The position numbers and the translations under genes were made by a program. A stretch of DNA of 64,000 nt from Campylobacterales bacterium (GTDB lineage: Bacteria > Campylobacterota > Campylobacteria > Campylobacterales > QNZT01). Shown here one piece after another: positions 27,690-37,331 of the stretch (position 1 is its first letter; each line of letters opens with the position of its first letter). Where the stretch lies: contig JAJRSK010000064.1 of the NCBI GenBank assembly GCA_024278835.1, forward strand, positions 19,101-83,100, given 5' to 3'. Below the pieces are notes generated by a model. It was given only the letters and a program-made list of their open reading frames with translations. It made no database searches and was not told where the DNA came from.

Positions 27690-28901
27690 TTAATTTTCCC
27701 CTCTTTTTAATTCATTTGGATAGGTTAAGTGCACTTCAATTCTTCTATTTTGTGCCATACCATTTTCTGTTTTGTTGCTTGCTACTGGTTCTTTTTCACC
27801 TTTTCCGACAGCTGTTAGTCTCGATGGGCTTACACCATCTTCAACCAATGCTTTGAGAATGCTATTGGCACGTTTTTTAGAGAGTATCATGTTGTAGTTA
27901 TCAGACCCTCTCCAATCGGTATGCCCTTCAATTCTCACTAGTGAACCCTTATTTTGCATCAAGAATGCCGCAAATTTATCTACTTTTGGACGAGATTCTG
28001 GTCTGATGTCTGCCTTGTCTGTATCAAAGTGAATTCTTAAAATCGCTTTGACAGGACATCCTTTTTTATCTACTGAGAAATCACAAGGTGTGTTTGGACA
28101 CTGATCTATTGCATCTTCTACACCATCACGATCACGATCTGGCAGGTCTGTTTTGACTGGACATTCATTGTTGTCAAATGACATAGGCGCTGGTTCGATT
28201 ATTTGTTTTATGATAGTTTTTGCGACTGGCTCAGGGAGCTTACAGCCAGAACCATCTACTTTTGTGCCTTTTGGCGTGTTTGGACATTTGTCAAGTTGAT
28301 CCATAACACCATCACCATCTGTATCAATGATATCAGGTTTAGGTTCTGCGTATGTACCAAATGGGATACTAAAACCAAATAGTGTGCTGATTTCATTTTT
28401 CTCTACTTTATCACCACCGACTATTTGCAATACTTTAGCTTCAAATCGTAAAGCCCATGCATTGTTTACCAAGTATTTAAATCCTGCACCACCCTGAATG
28501 AAGGGGTTTGAATCAAATCTAGTTGTACCATGTCCTACGCGTTCATACCCAGCTCCAGCAAGGACATAAGGGAGAAATTCATGTTCACCATCATCTAAAA
28601 ATTCATAAATACCATTAACGGAACCTCTCAAGAGAGAGTCGATTTCTTTTCTTTCATCACTTGATGATTTGAAAAAAGTTTCAAGATCGGTAAGTGATGT
28701 ATACTCGACGTCAAATCTTGGCTTGATAGCTGAGTGTTGTGGATTTATCTGTAAACTTAAACCAAATGTTGCATTTTCTAACTTTATGCTATCTTCGTTT
28801 TTGATGGAAGTAACACCTGCACTAGCGCCAAATTCGTATGGTTTGTCTGCTGCTATTAACACAGAGGTTGCTAAAAACGAGACAAGTAAAAACCTTTTCA
28901 T
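27690..28901 (-). CDS. OmpA family outer-membrane protein with TSP3 repeats
   Basis: Signal peptide, an N-terminal beta-barrel region, DTDGDGVMDQLDKCPNTP and DRDRDGVEDAIDQCPNTP repeats, and a C-terminal OmpA domain (RIEGHTDWRGSDNYNMILSKKRA...NRRIEV). Confidence 0.85.
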   Translation of the reverse strand: MKRFLLVSFLATSVLIAADKPYEFGASAGVTSIKNEDSIKLENATFGLSLQINPQHSAIKPRFDVEYTSLTDLETFFKSSSDERKEIDSLLRGSVNGIYEFLDDGEHEFLPYVLAGAGYERVGHGTTRFDSNPFIQGGAGFKYLVNNAWALRFEAKVLQIVGGDKVEKNEISTLFGFSIPFGTYAEPKPDIIDTDGDGVMDQLDKCPNTPKGTKVDGSGCKLPEPVAKTIIKQIIEPAPMSFDNNECPVKTDLPDRDRDGVEDAIDQCPNTPCDFSVDKKGCPVKAILRIHFDTDKADIRPESRPKVDKFAAFLMQNKGSLVRIEGHTDWRGSDNYNMILSKKRANSILKALVEDGVSPSRLTAVGKGEKEPVASNKTENGMAQNRRIEVHLTYPNELKRGEN

Positions 28902-29015
28902 ATAATTTCCTTTTAACGATATGTTACAAATATTAGCATTATAAATCTTAAAAGTTAAAATATTGTTTAATTTTATTAATAAATATTAAATTAATTTTAC
29001 TAAACTGAGTTTAGG

Positions 29016-29912
29016 TTAAAAGTTGGATAGTAGTTTTTCTTTTAAGTATTTTTTAAGTAATTTTACAACATTGGGAAATTGTGATTTGTTAAAAGTCTCT
29101 TGGCGTTTAGCGAGTTGAGCGGTATGGATAGAGATGAGATTGTGTAACTCTTTTTTATCTATTTTCCCATCAAGATAGGAGAGGCACTCTACGATGCCTA
29201 TCGCTTTCATGGGCTTGGGAAGGCGGGTGTACTTTTTTTCCAGCCTAAAGACTTCATCGATAGCCCCTTGTTCTATCATGATAGCGCTACGTTGAGAGAT
29301 ACGCTCTCTTAATAGGTCTCTCTCTATCAAAATATCATAGATAGGGATATCTTTTAAAATAGCTTCTTTTTGATTTTTTGCAAAGTAGGCACTAGCAACT
29401 TCTGCACTTTCAAGATATATCTCATACCACTTAGCGATGCGATAACTATCATGATAAGATATTTTTTTTGCATATATTGGGTCACTTTTTTCTATGAAAG
29501 TATAGGCATCTTTTAGATTTTTTATGCGTTGTTCTACCTCTTCTAGGGTCTCTTTTGAAGGGGTGAGTTTGGGAGAGAGCCCTTCTATCATGGACTTTAG
29601 ATAAAAGCTTGTACCACCGACAATGATGAGATGTTTTCCCTCTTTTTTTGAACTTTCTTTGGCGTTTTTATAAAGTTCAAAAAATGTCGCTGCCGAGAAA
29701 TATTCATCAACATGGAGTGCGTCGATACCAAAATGTTTGATGCCTTCACGCTCCTCTAAAGTCGGTTTTGCTGAGACGATATCTGTATCATGATAGATGG
29801 CAAGGGAGTCTAGTGAGAGTATGTTCGCCCCTACCTCTTTGGCAACTTCTATGGCTAGGGCTGATTTTCCCGACGCTGTTGCGCCGAGTAGTGCTATCTC
29901 TTTGTAGTTCAT
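29016..29912 (-). CDS. miaA: tRNA dimethylallyltransferase
   Basis: P-loop GATASGKSALAIEVA, and DSLAIYHDTDIVSAKP typical of MiaA. Confidence 0.85.
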   Translation of the reverse strand: MNYKEIALLGATASGKSALAIEVAKEVGANILSLDSLAIYHDTDIVSAKPTLEEREGIKHFGIDALHVDEYFSAATFFELYKNAKESSKKEGKHLIIVGGTSFYLKSMIEGLSPKLTPSKETLEEVEQRIKNLKDAYTFIEKSDPIYAKKISYHDSYRIAKWYEIYLESAEVASAYFAKNQKEAILKDIPIYDILIERDLLRERISQRSAIMIEQGAIDEVFRLEKKYTRLPKPMKAIGIVECLSYLDGKIDKKELHNLISIHTAQLAKRQETFNKSQFPNVVKLLKKYLKEKLLSNF

Positions 29913-29957
29913 AAAGAGATTATAACACTATTTTGTAAAGAGATAAATCCCTAGAGC

Positions 29958-30647
29958 TTAAAGTGGTTTCCCTTTGAGCCCTGCGCAGAGATTATTGTCA
30001 CGTACATATGCTTTTGCACTAGCGACTGAGTCAAACTTTGGTAAGGTAGTCTGTTTACATTTCATCTTGTAAATCTTTGCTCCCTTGTTTGTCATCATCA
30101 TCTTTTTGGCTTTCATTTTGGCTTTGACCTCTGGTGAAAAATCTTTTTTAGCCATCTCTAATGCTGCATTAAAATCTCCCACCGTACCACCATTGGCTTT
30201 GGCAAAATCTTCTGCCTCTTTTTGTGTAGAAAAAGCATACTTACTTTTGCCACTCATCGTTCCTTTTTTAGTGCTCTCTAGCACATAAAAGGCTTTTGTT
30301 GCATCGATGAACTTGAGAGAGTTGGTATCCACCACTTTGATATCTTTTGGATTTTTCCCCATTATGATATCTTGTGCAAGGCAGTGAATTGAGCAATATT
30401 GTTTTACAGTATTATCTACTGTGGCTGCATGGTTTGTTTTGTAAAACATGGGTAAAGTCATCCCACAATTGACACAAAATTCCTTCTCTTTTCCCTCTTG
30501 TAAAAGGGTGGCTTTGTCGGCTGGGACAGATTGAAACATCATCATCTTTGACTTTGTCTGTTTTGGCATGACTACTGCCTCTTCCTTTGCGCTACATCCC
30601 GTTGATAGTGCTATCATGATAGCTGTTGTTAAAATTGTTTTGAACAT
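29958..30647 (-). CDS. NosL-like lipoprotein (putative copper-binding accessory protein) with an extra C-terminal extension
   Basis: Lipobox ALSTGC, plus a CVNCGM...FYKTNHAA...YCSIHC pattern resembling NosL. It sits next to a TonB-dependent receptor gene. Confidence 0.4.
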   Translation of the reverse strand: MFKTILTTAIMIALSTGCSAKEEAVVMPKQTKSKMMMFQSVPADKATLLQEGKEKEFCVNCGMTLPMFYKTNHAATVDNTVKQYCSIHCLAQDIIMGKNPKDIKVVDTNSLKFIDATKAFYVLESTKKGTMSGKSKYAFSTQKEAEDFAKANGGTVGDFNAALEMAKKDFSPEVKAKMKAKKMMMTNKGAKIYKMKCKQTTLPKFDSVASAKAYVRDNNLCAGLKGKPL

Positions 30648-30656
30648 TTTTTCTCC

Positions 30657-32732
30657 TTAAAATTTGTATGAAGCATTGATATAAAAATATCTGCCAGGCT
30701 CATTGAGTAACATCACATTATCCACTGCTGTATCGGTAGAAGTGGTGATGAGTGTTAAATCTTTGTATGTGTTTGTCGTAGTATAAGTCTCATCAAGGAT
30801 ATTGTCTATCCCTAGCGTGAGAGAGATACCATTGGAAAACTCTTTGTTAAGCTTTGCATTGAGTACCATATACCCATCAAGTGCTTGTTCGCCATTGTCA
30901 CTATCATAGGTATCCCAATCACCGACGGCAATTATATCTAGTTTTCCACTAAGTGTTTCATCATAGTCATATCCGATACCGATATTGGCTTTGAGTGGTG
31001 ATATCTCTGCCAAGTCGGTATCTGTTTGTCCCGCGAGTGGCGCATCTTTTTCACCCTTTTTGTAAGCGATACCATAGTCCATATAGATGCTATCAGTGGC
31101 TAAGTAAGCGCCAGAAACTTCGATACCGTAGATAGTAGCATCGATGTTTTCAAAGACATTTTGTTTTTTGGTGCCATTAAGATAGATATAATCTTCTAAC
31201 ATAGAGTAGAAGAGTTTGGTTTTCACGCTGAAGCTCTCATAGATCTTTTCAAATCCTAAATCTATCTCATAGTTTGTCGTCTGATTAAGAGTAGGCGTTC
31301 CGATAAGTTGCGTCGCTGAAGGTGACATTGAGGACATAAAGTATAATTCTCTTGCATCAGGCACCCGAGAAGATTTCCCCACACCTGCAAAATATCTAAG
31401 TGCATTACCCATGTTAAAAGTAGCAAAGATATTGGCAGAGAGTGCACTATAATCATTGTTTTGTGCTCTGCCACCATTTTCGACAGAGGTATCATCATAA
31501 CGAACTCCTGCATCGATATCGATATTTTTGTAACTGCTGCTTGTTTTCACAAAGATGGCTTTGTTGATAGTTTCCCCATCATTGATACTTCTTTTGATTT
31601 GACCAGCCGTTGGACTACTCGCTGGAAATCTTAGATAATCACCTTTGACATCTTTGTAGTATTGACCATCCCAGTTTCTAGTACTTGTATCGAGCCCTAC
31701 GGTGATGGCATGGTTCATAAAATCAAATGAATTTTTGAGTTTAAACCCTTGCATTTGGGTAGTAAGGTGGTTGGTGATGTTTCCTTTTGGTTTGCCGTTT
31801 GGCATCAAAGCAAGGGCGGATTTTCTATACTTGATAGTCATAGGATGGTCAACCTGAGAGTCATAAAATTGAAAATCAACTGCTTTAGAGTACAGACCAA
31901 GGTTGCGTATCTGGTACTCAAAGTTATAGATATCGGAATCATCCCAGATAGCATCCATCTTTGAGGAGGGGTAGAGGACATCTTCGCTTCTGTTGCCTGT
32001 GTAGGAGAACTTGATATCTTGATTGTCACTTAGGTGGGCAAATATCTTTGCCATAAAGACACTTTTTTCATAGGCATCCATATCGGCATATTTGGGTTGG
32101 TATTGTGTGCCTGCACTTGTTGTTCCTGTGGTGGCTTTGATGATTTGCTCTGCAAAATCATCACCATTTCCATCTTCGTACTGCCCACTTGTTTCGTTGG
32201 ATATCGTAAAGAGTGCTTTGACTTTTTCGTTACCACCATGCAGCGTGACTGAGCCTTTTTGGTAGCCAAAACTTCCTGCATTGAGATTAATCTCTCCACC
32301 AAAACCCTCTTGGGGTTCTCTGGTACTGATGTTAACAAGTCCAGAGAGTGTGCCAAAGTGTTCTACATCAAAAGGTCCCTCTTTTATTTCGACATTTTCC
32401 ACGATATGGGTGGCTACATGAGAAGTAGGGGGATCCATACGGTTGACGCAGGCGCCACAAACTTTTGTACCATCGATGATGATATTGATATTATCTCTTT
32501 TTTGCCCTCTTAAGATGATATCGTTGGCGATACCAGATCTTCTAACGAGTGAAACGCTGGGTACATTTTTAGCCAATGCTTCTGCTAAATCCGCAGACTT
32601 CAACTCCTCATGGCTAACATTTTTGACACTGAGGGTATTTATCTTTTCCTCTAGCACAATTTTTTCTACATCCACACTCTGTGCATATGTAACAGCACAG
32701 ACGCTCATAACCAATAAACCTTTTTTCATCAA
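30657..32732 (-). CDS. TonB-dependent outer-membrane receptor (possibly copper, NosA/OprC-like)
   Basis: 691 aa with a signal peptide, a plug domain (DIILRGQKRDNINIIIDG), a long beta-barrel and a terminal aromatic ...YKF. The copper assignment rests only on the NosL-like neighbour. Confidence 0.8.
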   Translation of the reverse strand: MMKKGLLVMSVCAVTYAQSVDVEKIVLEEKINTLSVKNVSHEELKSADLAEALAKNVPSVSLVRRSGIANDIILRGQKRDNINIIIDGTKVCGACVNRMDPPTSHVATHIVENVEIKEGPFDVEHFGTLSGLVNISTREPQEGFGGEINLNAGSFGYQKGSVTLHGGNEKVKALFTISNETSGQYEDGNGDDFAEQIIKATTGTTSAGTQYQPKYADMDAYEKSVFMAKIFAHLSDNQDIKFSYTGNRSEDVLYPSSKMDAIWDDSDIYNFEYQIRNLGLYSKAVDFQFYDSQVDHPMTIKYRKSALALMPNGKPKGNITNHLTTQMQGFKLKNSFDFMNHAITVGLDTSTRNWDGQYYKDVKGDYLRFPASSPTAGQIKRSINDGETINKAIFVKTSSSYKNIDIDAGVRYDDTSVENGGRAQNNDYSALSANIFATFNMGNALRYFAGVGKSSRVPDARELYFMSSMSPSATQLIGTPTLNQTTNYEIDLGFEKIYESFSVKTKLFYSMLEDYIYLNGTKKQNVFENIDATIYGIEVSGAYLATDSIYMDYGIAYKKGEKDAPLAGQTDTDLAEISPLKANIGIGYDYDETLSGKLDIIAVGDWDTYDSDNGEQALDGYMVLNAKLNKEFSNGISLTLGIDNILDETYTTTNTYKDLTLITTSTDTAVDNVMLLNEPGRYFYINASYKF

Positions 32733-32910
32733 AACGCTCCTTTTTTAACTGCCCAATTATAGAAAGTTGGTGTTAATTATTTGTTAATTTTTACCTAAGT
32801 AAGTAAATAATATATTAAGTATTTTATTTAAATATCTTTTAAGTATAAAATAATTTACTTTTTATATAGACTTATGTAAAATGATTAAAATTTATCTTAA
32901 AGGAATTTTG

Positions 32911-34131
32911 ATGTTGAAAAAGCTTTCACTTTTTTTAGTATCTGTCTTGGCAACTACAAGCTTGTCAGCGCAGGGTGATTATGATGTGTCATTAAAATAC
33001 GGTCTTACAAGTATAGACAATGACGATGGAATGGAATTTAAAAACCATACTTTGGCAGGAGATATCTCTTTTGATCTTGGATATGCGTTAAAGCCTAGGT
33101 TGGATTTGGCGTATGTCATGATAGATGATGAAGATAAGTGGGGTGGGGTTAGTTCCTTGCTTCAAACTGCACTTAGTGCACAGTATTCAAAAGAGTTTGG
33201 TATGGGTGGTTTACCTCATGAACTTTATATCTTTGGAGGTCTTGGGTATGAGTATGTCGTAGATGGGCATGATACTTTTGATTCTCTTCCCTATTTTCAA
33301 GGTGGTGTGGGTGCCAAGTATGCTTTAACAGAAAGTGTCAAGCTTTTGGGAGAATTCAAAGCGATGCAAGTCTTTGACTCAAACAATGACTCAGATGATG
33401 AAGACAATGAATTTACTATCATGATAGGGTTAAACTTTCCATTTGGTGGAGCTGTTGCACCTGCGCCAAAAATAGAAGTTAAGTCACTAGATAGTGATAA
33501 AGACGGCGTGCTTGACAATGTTGATTTGTGCGCCAATACCCCAGCAGGTGCAAAAGTAGATGCGAGTGGTTGTGCCTTGCAAACTGTTGTTGTCCTAGAT
33601 AGTGATAAAGATGGTGTACCTGATGACATCGATCAGTGTCCAAATACAAAACTCACTGAAAACATGACAATTAGCGAAAAAGGATGTCCTATTATCACAC
33701 TTCTTGATAGTGACAATGATGGTATCACAGATGATATAGACAAGTGTCCAAACACGGTAGCTGAAACAAAAGTAGATGAGAGTGGATGTACACCAACGAT
33801 GAATTTAGGTATCAATTTTGAGACAAATTCAGCGGTCATCAAAAAATAGTCTATGCCAAAAATAAAAGCCTTTGCCGCACATATCAAAAATATGCCAGAT
33901 GGTACGATAGCCTCTATCTATGGATATACGGATAGTAGTGGAAATGCGCAGAAAAACAGAGAACTCTCTTCTAAAAGAGCCTTTGCGGTACGTAAAGCAT
34001 TGATAGCAGAAGGATTAGAAAAAAGATTTGTCAGAGCCTATGGAAAAGGTTCAACAAATCCAATAGCTGATAATGAAACAAAAGAAGGGCGCGCTAAAAA
34101 TCGTAGAATCGAAGCCGTCATCACACACTAA
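32911..34131 (+). pseudogene. OmpA family protein with TSP3 repeats, interrupted by an in-frame TAG at 33847-33849
   Basis: ORFs 32881-33849 and 33853-34131 share one frame. The OmpA domain begins before the stop (INFETNSAVIKK) and continues after it (SMPKIKAFAAHIKN...IYGYTDSSGNAQKNRELSSKRA...NRRIEAV). It is a paralog of 27690-28901. Confidence 0.7.
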
Positions 34132-34141
34132 GGAGCGTATC

Positions 34142-34645
34142 ATGATAAAAAAACAAATACTATTAACAGCCGTAGCAGCACTTTTAACTTTTTGGGGATG
34201 TGGTGAGGATAGATCTCATCCAAAGGGTGTTGATGCAGATGGGAATCCAATTGTCTTCAAAAATCCAACAGCAGTGATAGAATTAAATGCAACAACACAT
34301 ATATATGTAGCTGCATCAGATACATACACCGTCGGTGGAGGTGCTAGAGACACAGTAGGGAATCCATTTATATTTGATGGGTTAAAAAGCCAAGATAATG
34401 ATGAAAATAATCAAAGTATTACTAATTATCAATGGAGTATTAGTCATACCTTCATTCCAGAATGTGTGGATATTAATACTACAGAAAGTCAAACAGTATT
34501 TAAATTTATTAATGTAGATGCAAATGAAACAAATAGAACTTGTTACAATTTAGCAGTTGGTGATGGTGAAATCAATGCTACCTTGGTAGTAACAGATGAT
34601 GAAGGTAAAACGGCATCAACGACAAAAGCAATTATAACCAATTAG
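34142..34645 (+). CDS. lipoprotein with a PKD/Ig-like domain
   Basis: An AAGGAG SD, then MIKKQILLTAVAALLTFWGCG (lipobox FWGC). The C-terminal NATLVVTDDEGKTASTTKAIIT is PKD-like. The ATG lies in a palindrome copy. Confidence 0.55.
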   Translation: MIKKQILLTAVAALLTFWGCGEDRSHPKGVDADGNPIVFKNPTAVIELNATTHIYVAASDTYTVGGGARDTVGNPFIFDGLKSQDNDENNQSITNYQWSISHTFIPECVDINTTESQTVFKFINVDANETNRTCYNLAVGDGEINATLVVTDDEGKTASTTKAIITN

Positions 34646-34652
34646 ACCTACT

Positions 34653-34682
34653 ACTTTTGGTAAATATATTTTTACCAAAAGT
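34653..34682 (+). terminator. rho-independent-terminator-like hairpin (12-bp perfect stem)
   Basis: ACTTTTGGTAAA-TATATT-TTTACCAAAAGT lies directly after the stop at 34645. Confidence 0.5.
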
Positions 34683-34744
34683 ATGTTACTTTTCAACTCA
34701 CTTTTAGTACAATACATAATTATTTAAATATTCAAGGGAAAAAA

Positions 34745-35602
34745 TTGCAAAAATTTCTGAAGCTTCTTCGTGACTTGAATGAACTAGTGATGTTCAAACA
34801 CTCTATCTTTTCTCTCCCCTTTATATTTATCGCGATGATTGTCGCGGCACATGGTTGGTTTGGATGGAAACTTTTCTTTTTAGGTATCGCGGCGGCGGTG
34901 AGTGCTAGAAACTTTGCCATGGGTTTTAACCGTTATGTAGATATCGATATCGATGCCCAAAATCCCCGCACGGCTTCGCGCCCTTCCGTCGATGGACGAC
35001 TCAATAAAAAGTCTATTTTTCTCTTTACGGCAATCAATGCATTTCTTTTTATCTTTATAGCCTATATCATCAACGATTTGGCCTTTTGGCTCTCTTTCCC
35101 TATCCTCATGATACTAGGAGGATATTCACTTTTTAAACGTTTCTCTTCTTTGGCGCATCTTGTTCTTGGCTTATCCTTGGGGCTAGCACCTATTGCAGGA
35201 GTTGTGGCAGTTAAAGGAGAGATTACACTTTGGTCGGTACTTTTAGCCGTTGGTGTGATGTTTTGGGTGGCTGGATTTGATTTGCTTTATTCGCTTCAAG
35301 ATATAGAGTTTGATAAAGCAAAAAAACTTCACTCCATCCCTTCCAAGTTTGGTGCTGAGAAAACCATGCTTATCTCACGTGCGTTTCATGCCTTAGCGAT
35401 ACTATTTTGGGCTGGTTTTGCTTATACAAGTGAGAGTGGATTTTTTATCTACACGGCGGTAGTGGTTTCGGCAGTTATTTTGGCCTTTGAACACCGTATC
35501 GTTTCGCAAGATTTCACCAAGATTGATAAGGCATTTTTTACCCTTAATGGTTACCTTGGTATAATATTTTTAATTTTTGTGATATTAGAGGTGGTATTTT
35601 AA
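34745..35602 (+). CDS. UbiA-family aromatic prenyltransferase (MqnP-like)
   Basis: About 8-9 TM helices and the Asp-rich motif NRYVDIDIDAQNPRTASRP. TTG start. Confidence 0.7.
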   Translation: MQKFLKLLRDLNELVMFKHSIFSLPFIFIAMIVAAHGWFGWKLFFLGIAAAVSARNFAMGFNRYVDIDIDAQNPRTASRPSVDGRLNKKSIFLFTAINAFLFIFIAYIINDLAFWLSFPILMILGGYSLFKRFSSLAHLVLGLSLGLAPIAGVVAVKGEITLWSVLLAVGVMFWVAGFDLLYSLQDIEFDKAKKLHSIPSKFGAEKTMLISRAFHALAILFWAGFAYTSESGFFIYTAVVVSAVILAFEHRIVSQDFTKIDKAFFTLNGYLGIIFLIFVILEVVF

Positions 35603-36130
35603 ATGGATGATATAAGATTTGTCGTAGCCCCTCTCGTCGTGCATTTTGAAAAAGTGGGTGAAAAACAAGAGATTTTTTCCAAAGAGTATAACGCACTTTC
35701 TGAGTTTGAAGAGGACTCCGTAGGGCAATGGCTCAAGATAGCCAAAGCAAGAGGGGAAACTGGGGATAGTGACCAAGTGTTGCTAACCTTACTTGTGGAG
35801 TTACACAAAAAGGTAGACATGCTGACTAATATCATCAAAAATGAAGAGAAAATGTTACTACAACTTGTCCATAAAAGCATGATAAGCCACATCGGTTTTG
35901 AGCATATCATGATAGAAGACAATCCCCTTGAAGTGGGTGAAAAGTATTATGTGCGTGTTGAGATGCCAGTTTTTCCAAAGCGCGAAATACCACTATTTGT
36001 CAAAGCACTCTCAGAAAATGTTGCTGAAATCTCCCATATCCATGATAAAGATGAGAGAGATTGGGCGACATATATGACAGCAAGAGAGCGTGTCATGATA
36101 CGAGAAGCAAAAGCGGCGGCATCATCATGA
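35603..36130 (+). CDS. hypothetical cytoplasmic protein (possibly PilZ-like)
   Basis: 175 aa. The start directly abuts the upstream stop. I recognise no firm motif. Confidence 0.3.
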   Translation: MDDIRFVVAPLVVHFEKVGEKQEIFSKEYNALSEFEEDSVGQWLKIAKARGETGDSDQVLLTLLVELHKKVDMLTNIIKNEEKMLLQLVHKSMISHIGFEHIMIEDNPLEVGEKYYVRVEMPVFPKREIPLFVKALSENVAEISHIHDKDERDWATYMTARERVMIREAKAAASS

Positions 36131-36630
36131 TAATGGATTTAATCGTTTTTATCGCTTTTGCTTTGGTGATGTTACTGCTTATCGCCTTTTTTTACTTTCG
36201 CGATAAGAGCGTGTATCAAAAATTAACAGCCTATGAGTATGCTATCGATGATTTAAATAGTAGATTATATGCGTTGGAGTCAGGTATGGGTGAAGAGAAG
36301 AGTCAAGATTTTACTAAGGCATTGGAGGAGGTTGAGGAGCGACTGGATGCTAAATTGAATGAACTAGGGGACCCTCTGCTTCGTACTATACGCGCGATAA
36401 AAGCGATGGAGAGTAACTTTGCCAAGCTAGAGAAGAGAGTAGATGAACGCATCGCCAAGATAGAAGAGAGCACGAAGCTTACCACGATGACAAATAATAG
36501 CATCAATGTCAATGAACAGCGTATCATAGAACTTTTCAAAGAGGGAAAAAGCATCGAAAAAATCGCCAAAAAAGAGCGCGTCTCTCAAGGTGAAGTAGAA
36601 CTCATCCTTCGCATAGCTAACCTACGATGA
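36127..36630 (+). CDS. membrane-anchored coiled-coil protein with a C-terminal HTH-like segment
   Basis: N-terminal TM helix MIMDLIVFIAFALVMLLLIAFFYF, a coiled-coil middle region, and a C-terminal EGKSIEKIAKKERVSQGEVELILRIA. The start forms an ATGA overlap with the upstream stop, inside ATCATGATA. Confidence 0.45.
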   Translation: MIMDLIVFIAFALVMLLLIAFFYFRDKSVYQKLTAYEYAIDDLNSRLYALESGMGEEKSQDFTKALEEVEERLDAKLNELGDPLLRTIRAIKAMESNFAKLEKRVDERIAKIEESTKLTTMTNNSINVNEQRIIELFKEGKSIEKIAKKERVSQGEVELILRIANLR

Positions 36631-37331
36631 TAGAAAAAACCCACCCTTCGTGGCATAAGATATTAGAAAAGTCGTTTGCGTCATTACCAGAGGAGTATCA
36701 AGAGTTTATTTTATCAGATAAAGGCTATTTCCCTGATATTAACAACCTTTTCAATGCTTTTACGCTTCCCCTAGAACAAACCAAATATATACTTTTTGGA
36801 CAAGACCCTTATCCGAGAGAGGAGTCTGCTATAGGCTACGCCTTTATCGATGGCAAGGTCAAAAATCTTTATGGGGCAAATGGACTCTCCACAGAAGTAA
36901 ATCGTGCGACGAGCCTAAGAAACTTCATGAAGATGGCATTTGTCTGTGAGGGTGAGTTAAGGGATGATTTCACTAAAGAAGCCGTTATCATGATAGATAA
37001 AAGTCCGTACATTGATTCTATCATGACACTCAAAGATAATTTTGAGAAAAATGGTGTGATGTTACTCAATATGGCATTGATTTTTACCACTAAAGAAGAG
37101 AGTAAAAAACATGTCAAGATATGGAACGCTTTTGTCAAGACCTTGCTGAGTGAATTGAAAAATGAGAAGATAGAGTTGATTTTATTTGGTAAGATGGCAG
37201 AAGTGCTGGAGAAATTTGATGAGGCAGAAGGTTTTAAAAAACACACCATGCCTCACCCTTATAATATCTCATTTATCACAGATGAAAGAGCACATAGGCT
37301 TTTTAAATCTATGCGATTACTGCGTCCTTAG
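36627..37331 (+). CDS. uracil-DNA glycosylase superfamily protein (divergent UNG-like)
   Basis: The [11 protein letters not shown] motif resembles the family-1 GQDPYH water-activating loop, and the N-terminal W-x-K-I-L pattern fits. Confidence 0.5.
   Translation: MIEKTHPSWHKILEKSFASLPEEYQEFILSDKGYFPDINNLFNAFTLPLEQTKYILFGQDPYPREESAIGYAFIDGKVKNLYGANGLSTEVNRATSLRNFMKMAFVCEGELRDDFTKEAVIMIDKSPYIDSIMTLKDNFEKNGVMLLNMALIFTTKEESKKHVKIWNAFVKTLLSELKNEKIELILFGKMAEVLEKFDEAEGFKKHTMPHPYNISFITDERAHRLFKSMRLLRP

Noticed and set aside
5719-33849. Two in-frame TAG codons (5719-5721 and 33847-33849) raised the idea that TAG is reassigned or recoded (for example pyrrolysine or suppression).
   Set aside because: TAG clearly terminates several well-supported genes in the window. 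Examples are 1731-1733, 2154-2156, 5481-5483, and 9231-9233, which is followed immediately by the next gene's ATG. No pyl or suppressor machinery is visible. The 33847 case is best explained by a nonsense mutation. The 5506-5838 ORF has no recognisable identity at all.
34073-34141. Longer N-terminal extensions suggested by the ORF track, for example 34073 for the PKD lipoprotein, 7918 for the beta-barrel protein, 39060 for moaA, 36061 for the coiled-coil protein and 6742 for the methyltransferase.
   Set aside because: The extensions overlap upstream genes or lack an SD. The internal ATGs are preceded by AGGAG-type SDs and yield proper signal peptides or family-typical N-termini.
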